Shown here: positions 5,672 through 11,277 of the stretch, in pieces
How the letters are laid out: the number at the start of each line of letters is the position of its first letter
Numbering within the stretch: the stretch's first letter is position 1
Source: Armatimonadota bacterium
GTDB lineage: Bacteria > Sysuimicrobiota > Sysuimicrobiia > Sysuimicrobiales > Humicultoraceae
Reading direction: 5' to 3'
Assembly (NCBI GenBank): GCA_037446215.1
Contig: JBBIJB010000009.1
Coordinates: forward strand, 1 to 11,277
Length of the DNA: 11,277 nt
Notes under the pieces: generated by a model
What the model saw: the letters and a program-made list of their open reading frames with translations, nothing else
Told to the model about the DNA's origin: nothing
Database searches by the model: none
Translations under genes and position numbers: made by a program

Positions 5672-7993
5672 ATGGCCGGGCCCGCTCGCGAGGAGCGGAT
5701 GTACCGGGTGCAGTCCGCGATGCGCGAGCTGCTCGGGCCGCGCCGGCTGGTCGTCATAAGCAACAGGGAGCCCTACGAGCACAACCGCCGCGGCCGGGCG
5801 GTCGTGATGACCAACCCACCCGGCGGCCTCGTCGCGGCGCTGGACCCTGTCATGCAGGCCTCGGGCGGCGCCTGGGTGGCCTGGGGGAGCGGGGACGCCG
5901 ACTTCGAGGTCACCGACGAGCACGACTGCGTGCGGGTCCCCCCAGAGAGCCCCGCCTACACCCTCCGTCGGGTTCGCCTCTCACGGCGAGAGGTGGAGCG
6001 GTTCTACCACGGCTACTCCAACCAGGCGCTCTGGCCCCTCTTCCATCTGGCCATGGACAAGGCCCGCTTCCTCCGGCGCAACTGGACCGCCTACCAGGAG
6101 GTGAATCACCGGTTCGCGCGGGCCGCCCTCGACGCCGTCGCCCCTGACCGCGGCGAGCGCGTGGTCTGGATCCACGACTACCATCTTGCGCTGTGCCCTC
6201 GCCACCTGCGCGAGGCGGCCCCCGAGCTGTTCCTCATGCACTTCTGGCACATACCTTGGCCGGCCTGGGACGTGTTCCGGATCTGTCCGCAGAGCGCGGA
6301 GCTGATGGACGGTCTTCTCGCGAACGATCTCCTGGCATTTCACCTGCCGCGCCACGTGGACAACTTCCTCGACTGCGCCAGGAACGAGCTGGGAGCGGAG
6401 GCAGATCCTGAGGAGGGAGTCGTAGAGTACCGGGGGCGGTTGACGAAGGTCATGGCCTCTCCGATAAGCATCGACGTCGACGAATGGGAGCAAAGCGCCG
6501 CCTCCCGTGAGTGCGAGCGCTGGATGGAGCGGTTCCGGCGCCGACTCGGCCTGAACGGCAGGGCGGTGGGGGTGGGCGTCGATCGGCTCGACTACACCAA
6601 GGGCATACCCGAGCGGCTACGTTCGATAGACCTGCTCTTCCAGCGCTATCCGGCGTTTCGAGAGAAGTTCGTCTTCGTGCAGAAGTCCGCCCCGAGCCGC
6701 ACCCGGATCAAGGCCTACCGCGACCTCCAGGACCGGGTGGAGGCCGAGATCTCGCGGATCAACGCCGCCTACGGAAGCGAGGGCTGGCAGCCGATAGTCC
6801 ATCTTCCCAGCCCGATCCCCCAGCCCGCCATGGCTGCGCTCTACAGGATGGCCGACCTCTGCGTCGTCTCCTCGCTCCAGGACGGGATGAACCTGGTCGC
6901 CAAGGAGTTCGTCGCCTCGCAGGTGGACTGCAGGGGAGTCCTGGTCCTCAGCCACCTCGCCGGGGCCTCAGACGGCAGCCCGTGGCCGCTCGCGATGAAC
7001 CCGTTCGATCAGGAGAGCGGCGCCGAGGTGATGGTGCGCGCGCTGCGCATGTCCGCGGCCGAGCGGCGTGAGCGGATGGAGCAGATGCGCGGGCAGCTGC
7101 GGGGGCGCGACATCTACAACTGGATGGAGCAGCAGTTCCGCGCGGCGGCTCACCTCCTTGCGAGGAGGGTCGCTACCCGCTCAGTCTTCGACGACCTCGA
7201 GGGGATTCGCGACCTGGTGGCTTCGCGTGACTTCCTGGCGGTGCTGCTGGACTTCGACGGCACCCTCGCGCCGATAGTCGCCCGACCCTCGGAGGCCAGG
7301 CTCCCGCCCCTGCCGCGCTCGGTGCTCGCCCGACTGGCCAGGAGGCAGGGCTGCCACGTCGCCGTGATCAGCGGGCGGTCGCTCCCAGACCTGAGGGAGC
7401 GGGTCGGGCTCCGAGACCTAGTCTACGTGGGCAACCACGGGCTCGAGATTGCCGGTCCCGGATGGGCCTCGGAGAGGAGAGACGCCGCCGAGGTCCGCGA
7501 GATGATAGCAGCCTGCACGCGGCGGGTGGAGGCCCGGCTGCGCGGAGTGCGCGGCGTGATAGTGGAGGACAAGGGGCTGACCTCCAGCGTCCACTACCGA
7601 CTGGTAGGGCGCGCCGATGTGGAGAGGGTACGCAGGGACGTCCTCACCGAGGTAGCCCATCTCCCGCCCGGAAGCGTCGAGATCAGGCGCGGGAAGATGG
7701 TCTTCGAGATCCGGCCGGCGATCGACTGGGACAAGGGCAGGGCATCCCTATGGCTGCTCGATCAACTGATCGACAGGGAGTGGCGCAGCCGGTGCGCCGT
7801 GATCTACGCCGGGGACGACCGTACCGACGAGGACGCGTTCCTCGCCCTGGCCGGCACGGGCGTCACGATCAAGGTAGGTAGAGGGACCTATCCCACCGCG
7901 GCCGGCTACGCGGTGCAGGGCGTGGAGGAGCTGGCCAGGATGCTGCAGGCGATTCTCGGCTGGGTCTCTGAGAGACCTGCGAAGCCCCGCTAG
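5672..7993 (+). CDS. Bifunctional trehalose-6-phosphate synthase/phosphatase (OtsA-OtsB fusion; GT20 plus HAD domains)
   Basis: GT20 motifs SNREP, GGLV.AL, SNQALWPLFH, WIHDYHL, HIPWP, VDRLDYTKGI and DGMNLVAKEF. C-terminal HAD motifs DFDGTL, ISGR, GNHGLE, DKG and GDDRTDEDAF are in the same frame. Start is ATG 5672 (GGAGGAGG 5650-5657) or 5699; ORF starts at 5510 and 5597 lie at or before the promoter. Confidence 0.93.
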   Translation: MAGPAREERMYRVQSAMRELLGPRRLVVISNREPYEHNRRGRAVVMTNPPGGLVAALDPVMQASGGAWVAWGSGDADFEVTDEHDCVRVPPESPAYTLRRVRLSRREVERFYHGYSNQALWPLFHLAMDKARFLRRNWTAYQEVNHRFARAALDAVAPDRGERVVWIHDYHLALCPRHLREAAPELFLMHFWHIPWPAWDVFRICPQSAELMDGLLANDLLAFHLPRHVDNFLDCARNELGAEADPEEGVVEYRGRLTKVMASPISIDVDEWEQSAASRECERWMERFRRRLGLNGRAVGVGVDRLDYTKGIPERLRSIDLLFQRYPAFREKFVFVQKSAPSRTRIKAYRDLQDRVEAEISRINAAYGSEGWQPIVHLPSPIPQPAMAALYRMADLCVVSSLQDGMNLVAKEFVASQVDCRGVLVLSHLAGASDGSPWPLAMNPFDQESGAEVMVRALRMSAAERRERMEQMRGQLRGRDIYNWMEQQFRAAAHLLARRVATRSVFDDLEGIRDLVASRDFLAVLLDFDGTLAPIVARPSEARLPPLPRSVLARLARRQGCHVAVISGRSLPDLRERVGLRDLVYVGNHGLEIAGPGWASERRDAAEVREMIAACTRRVEARLRGVRGVIVEDKGLTSSVHYRLVGRADVERVRRDVLTEVAHLPPGSVEIRRGKMVFEIRPAIDWDKGRASLWLLDQLIDREWRSRCAVIYAGDDRTDEDAFLALAGTGVTIKVGRGTYPTAAGYAVQGVEELARMLQAILGWVSERPAKPR

Positions 7994-8000
7994 ACCCGCG

Positions 8001-8840
8001 CTAGCGAAGGCCCCTGCCATCCGTGATCGCCATGACCTCGGCCCCGATCAGCGATATCAGCGCCGCCAGGTAGACCCAGACCATGAAGATCACCACGCCC
8101 GCCAGATGGCTGTAGACCAGCGGGTACTCGGCGAGCGTCCGCACGTACCAGAAGAACGCCAGCTTCGTCGACTCGAACAGCACCATCGCCGTAAGCGCGC
8201 CGGCGATCAGGCTGCGGCCGTGCACGCGCGTGTTTGGGAGAAAGCGGTAGACGATAGTGAACGCGGCGCCCGAGAGAACCCAGGGGCCGGTCTCCGCCAG
8301 CAGCGCCACGGCGCGGCTCTCCCTGAACGCGCGCGTCGCGCTCGCCAGCGGCGGTATTGCCTCCAGCAGCGTGGCGATGGTGCTCGTCGCGAGCGACAGG
8401 CTTATCATCCCGCCGGCCAGCCCTACCATGGCGAGCTCCACCCCCTTGCGCCGCCAGAAAGGTCTGGTCTTGTCGGCGGCCAGCACCTTGTTGAGGGTGT
8501 GGCGCAGGGCGCTGGCCACCGCGGTCGCGGCCCAGAACAACCCCACGATCGCCACCAGCCCGGCCGCGCTGCGCGCCTGGATCGCGGCGTCCAGCGTGCC
8601 GCCGACCAGGCTCACCACACCGGGAGGCAGGTAGGGGGCGAGTGCGCGCTCGATAGCGTGCTGGGCCTTGGCCTGCTCGACCCACCTGCTTAGGAGGGCT
8701 ATCAAGCCGATCAGGAACGGGAAGAAGGAGATGATCGCCGCGTAGGCGATCGATCCCGAGAGCAGGAAGACGTCGTGATCGAGGAGGTTCCTGTACAGCC
8801 TTCCGAGACCCCTCCACAGACGTCTGGGCAGTCCTCTCAC
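8001..8840 (-). CDS. YihY/virulence factor BrkB family inner-membrane protein
   Basis: IAYAAIISFFPFL, LFWAATAVASALRHTLN, YRFLPN, Y..VYSHLAGVVIFMVWVYL...I.LIGAE and several TM segments. Start is probably GTG 8840 or 8852, just after the mscS stop. Confidence 0.9.
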   Translation of the reverse strand: MRGLPRRLWRGLGRLYRNLLDHDVFLLSGSIAYAAIISFFPFLIGLIALLSRWVEQAKAQHAIERALAPYLPPGVVSLVGGTLDAAIQARSAAGLVAIVGLFWAATAVASALRHTLNKVLAADKTRPFWRRKGVELAMVGLAGGMISLSLATSTIATLLEAIPPLASATRAFRESRAVALLAETGPWVLSGAAFTIVYRFLPNTRVHGRSLIAGALTAMVLFESTKLAFFWYVRTLAEYPLVYSHLAGVVIFMVWVYLAALISLIGAEVMAITDGRGLR

Positions 8841-8856
8841 CCCGCCGCCCACCGCC

Positions 8857-9924
8857 CTAGGGTGAAGCTGGGGCGTCGCCCCGCTCCACGTATAAGGTCC
8901 GGGTAGGGTAGGCAAACCTGATTCCGTGCTCGGAGAACCTGGAGAGCAACTCCAGGTTTATCGCCTGCTGCGTGTCCATGTAGACGTTGTAGCTTGGGTC
9001 GGTCACGTAGTAGACCACCTCGAACAGCAGCGCGTAGTCGCCGTATGCCTTGAAGTGGGCGCGGTCGAAGCGCACCATTTCGCGGGACTCGACTATCTCC
9101 CTCACGATGCCTGGGATCGCTGAGAGGTTGTCCAGCGGCGTGTCGTAGGTCACCCCGAAGCCGAAGAGCGCGCGCCGCTCGGTCATCCTCTTGTAGTTGC
9201 GAACCCTGCTGCCCAGCAGATCGCCGTTGGAGAACACCAGCTGCTCCCCGGAGAGGCTGCGGAGCCGCGTGGTCTTGAGGCCTATGTGCTCCACGGTCCC
9301 CGCGAACTCGCCCACCACGATGAAGTCTCCGATGACGAACGGCTTGTCGATAACTATAGAGAACGAGGCGAAGAGGTCACCCAGGACGTTCTGGAGGGCC
9401 AGGGCCACGGCGATTCCGCCTACGCCCAACCCGGCGATCAGCGCGGTGACGTTCACTCCCAGGCTGGCCAGGCCGACAAGCACGACTATCGTCCAGAGGA
9501 CCAGCCTTCCCACGAACCCGAAGGCGCTCATCGTCGTGGCGGCGGCGGGGTCCTGCTCCACCGTGCGACTAACGTATGCCGCGATCAGGAACGCGATGAG
9601 GCCGTTGCCCCAGACCCCGATCTGGATCAGTACCGCGATCGCGACGGCGGCCCCGAGCACCCTGGACGGGGTCTTCTGCAAAGTCAGGGCCTGCGAGCCG
9701 GCGTAGGCCGCCACCGCGAGGATGAAGTAGAACCGGAGCCGCATCGCGGCATCCGCGAAGAGCCGGGCCGCCTCACTCCCGGTCCTCTCGGCGCGTCCCG
9801 AGAGGGCGCGCCCGGCAAGCCCCCTGAGCAGGAACAGCGCGGCGGCGGTCGCCACCGCCGCGGCGGCGGCGATGGCCCACGCCCGCAGGTCGCTACCGTA
9901 GTACTTGAGCTCCAGGAGCCCCAT
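8857..9924 (-). CDS. mscS: Small-conductance mechanosensitive channel (MscS family)
   Basis: TM3 motif LIAGLGVGGIAVALALQNVLGDLFAS, then DKPFVIGDFI, GTVEHIGLKTTRLRSLSGEQLVFSN and GIRFAYPT. ATG 9924 follows GGGAG at 9933-9937. Confidence 0.92.
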   Translation of the reverse strand: MGLLELKYYGSDLRAWAIAAAAAVATAAALFLLRGLAGRALSGRAERTGSEAARLFADAAMRLRFYFILAVAAYAGSQALTLQKTPSRVLGAAVAIAVLIQIGVWGNGLIAFLIAAYVSRTVEQDPAAATTMSAFGFVGRLVLWTIVVLVGLASLGVNVTALIAGLGVGGIAVALALQNVLGDLFASFSIVIDKPFVIGDFIVVGEFAGTVEHIGLKTTRLRSLSGEQLVFSNGDLLGSRVRNYKRMTERRALFGFGVTYDTPLDNLSAIPGIVREIVESREMVRFDRAHFKAYGDYALLFEVVYYVTDPSYNVYMDTQQAINLELLSRFSEHGIRFAYPTRTLYVERGDAPASP

Positions 9925-10048
9925 GGTCGCCACTCCCATCTTCCACGGGCCGGGCCGCAGGCGAGGACCCGCCGCCACCCAAGGTGCCGTCTCCGACGTT
10001 CGGGGGGGTCTCGGGCGACTCCTCCACGGCACCCAGCCCGCTGCCGCC

Positions 10049-10070
10049 GGGGTCACCGCCGGTGAGCCCC
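10049..10070 (-). other. GC hairpin immediately after the baeRF stop codon, without a U-tract
   Basis: Minus strand GGGG-C-TCACC-GGC-GGTGA-CCCC forms a 9-bp stem with a 1-nt bulge, 4 nt after the TGA. Confidence 0.45.
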
Positions 10071-10074
10071 ACGG

Positions 10075-11232
10075 TCAGTAGCGGAACACCGCCGCGAGCG
10101 GCGCCGGAGCCCCGGCCGACGGGACCTCGGCGGGAGCGACCGCGTAGACCCTTCCGCCGTGAACCATGGCCTGTGTGGCGGCCACGTTCAGGAGGTCTTC
10201 GTCGCCGGGCTGGGCCTCCTCGTGGGGCGCTGCCTCGCCGCTTGCCGGGTCCACCTTGCCCCAGCGCTGCTCGCCAACCGCGACGAAGAGGGTGTCCACC
10301 CGCCCCTCGTGGGCCGCCCTAAGCACGGTGAGGAGGTCGCCGGAGGCACGTCCCGTGCCTGCCAACGCGTGGAACCGACCGGCCGCGACCTCCCTGGCCT
10401 TCAGGAAGGCCGGCTCGACCAGAGGCCAGGCCTGGGTCCGCAGATAGTCCGCGCCTTTGCCCTCCGGGTTTCCCGCGATCCCTGCCTCGACCAGGTGTGA
10501 GTAGGAGCTGATCTGGCGGTAGATCGGCATGAGGTAGTCAACCGCCGCCAGCACCAGCGGTGCCCGCTCCTCCTTGAGATGGTCGCTCAGCCCCTCATCC
10601 ACCAGGAGGAAGAACCGCCGCAGGTCGTCCTTCGCATCCTCCTCGCTGGTGCCGTGGCCGTGGAACATCGCGCCGCGCGCGCCACCCGCCGACGGCGCTC
10701 CGGTGTGGAACTGGAGCTGCTTCTGCGGGGAGTCGTACTTGAGCGCCTCCTCCATGCTCTGAGGAACGCCCTTCAGGTCTACCTCCCGGCTCCAGTGGCG
10801 CGTCATCCTGAACAGCCGCACGTCGTTCTGGCTGATCGCAAGCACGTAGAACCGGTCCTCCTCCAGCAGCGACAGCAGCGGCTTGACATGGAAGCTGTCC
10901 GCGACCACCACCACCTCGGGCAGCGCCACGGGAGCCCTGAATACGCGCATTAGGTCAGGCGCCGCGAACAGGGCAAGCCCCTCTGCCTGGTGCTGCCAGA
11001 AGAGGCCGTCGCCCTCCATCTCCAGCGCCGGCCCAACGATCTCCGAGATCTCCGGCTTCCGCGCCCCTCTCGAGGCGAGCAGGCGCTCCGCCTGGCGCAC
11101 GAGGTTCTTGAACCGGATCCTGTCTTCCTGGATGTCGGGTCCGGTCCGGTGGGTGGGAAGGAAGATCGAGACGCACCGTTCGCACCGGTGCGCTACAAGC
11201 TCTCTGAGGTCGTCCCTGGTGAACTCGTCCAT
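10075..11232 (-). CDS. Bacterial archaeo-eukaryotic release factor-like protein (baeRF family 3/7 type, Balon-like)
   Basis: 385 aa. N-terminal CVSIFLPTHRTGP...DRIRFKNL, middle FHVKPLL...FYVLAISQ..VRLF, LQFH...FHGHG and PLVLAAV, C-terminal aeRF1-like domain A.EGRVDTLFV...DLLN..A......GG.V...AAVFRY. AGGAGG at 11239-11244 with 6 nt spacing. Confidence 0.8.
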   Translation of the reverse strand: MDEFTRDDLRELVAHRCERCVSIFLPTHRTGPDIQEDRIRFKNLVRQAERLLASRGARKPEISEIVGPALEMEGDGLFWQHQAEGLALFAAPDLMRVFRAPVALPEVVVVADSFHVKPLLSLLEEDRFYVLAISQNDVRLFRMTRHWSREVDLKGVPQSMEEALKYDSPQKQLQFHTGAPSAGGARGAMFHGHGTSEEDAKDDLRRFFLLVDEGLSDHLKEERAPLVLAAVDYLMPIYRQISSYSHLVEAGIAGNPEGKGADYLRTQAWPLVEPAFLKAREVAAGRFHALAGTGRASGDLLTVLRAAHEGRVDTLFVAVGEQRWGKVDPASGEAAPHEEAQPGDEDLLNVAATQAMVHGGRVYAVAPAEVPSAGAPAPLAAVFRY

Positions 11233-11277
11233 GCCATACCTCCTCGCTGACAGCGTGAACCGCAGATAGCTCTCAAC

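Noticed and set aside
1..11277. CRISPR array, IS/transposase, integrase, tRNA or rRNA
   Set aside because: No regularly spaced repeats, terminal inverted repeats with a transposase, recombinase motifs or cloverleaf/rRNA signatures were seen. Nearly all the sequence is explained by the listed genes.

Overview
GC-rich bacterial chromosomal window with ten protein-coding loci and no rRNA, tRNA, CRISPR array or mobile element that I can recognise. Left to right: (1) two tandem, paralogous, signal-peptide-bearing outer-membrane beta-barrel-like genes on the minus strand, each followed by its own hairpin terminator; (2) a xanthine dehydrogenase/CoxL-family molybdopterin-binding subunit gene broken by an internal deletion plus frameshift near 3152; (3) divergently, a queF-queT pair behind a clean sigma70-type promoter, which looks like a preQ0/preQ1 salvage unit; (4) a Nudix hydrolase and a fused trehalose-6-phosphate synthase/phosphatase, apparently driven from one bidirectional promoter with overlapping -10 elements; (5) converging on it, a minus-strand run of a bacterial aeRF1-like (baeRF family, Balon-like) protein, an MscS channel and a YihY/BrkB membrane protein. 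The best leads are the possible osmotic/dormancy module (baeRF-mscS-yihY facing the trehalose gene), the beta-barrel pair lacking a C-terminal aromatic residue, and the lesion in the molybdoenzyme gene. All family calls come from motif recognition by eye; no searches were run.
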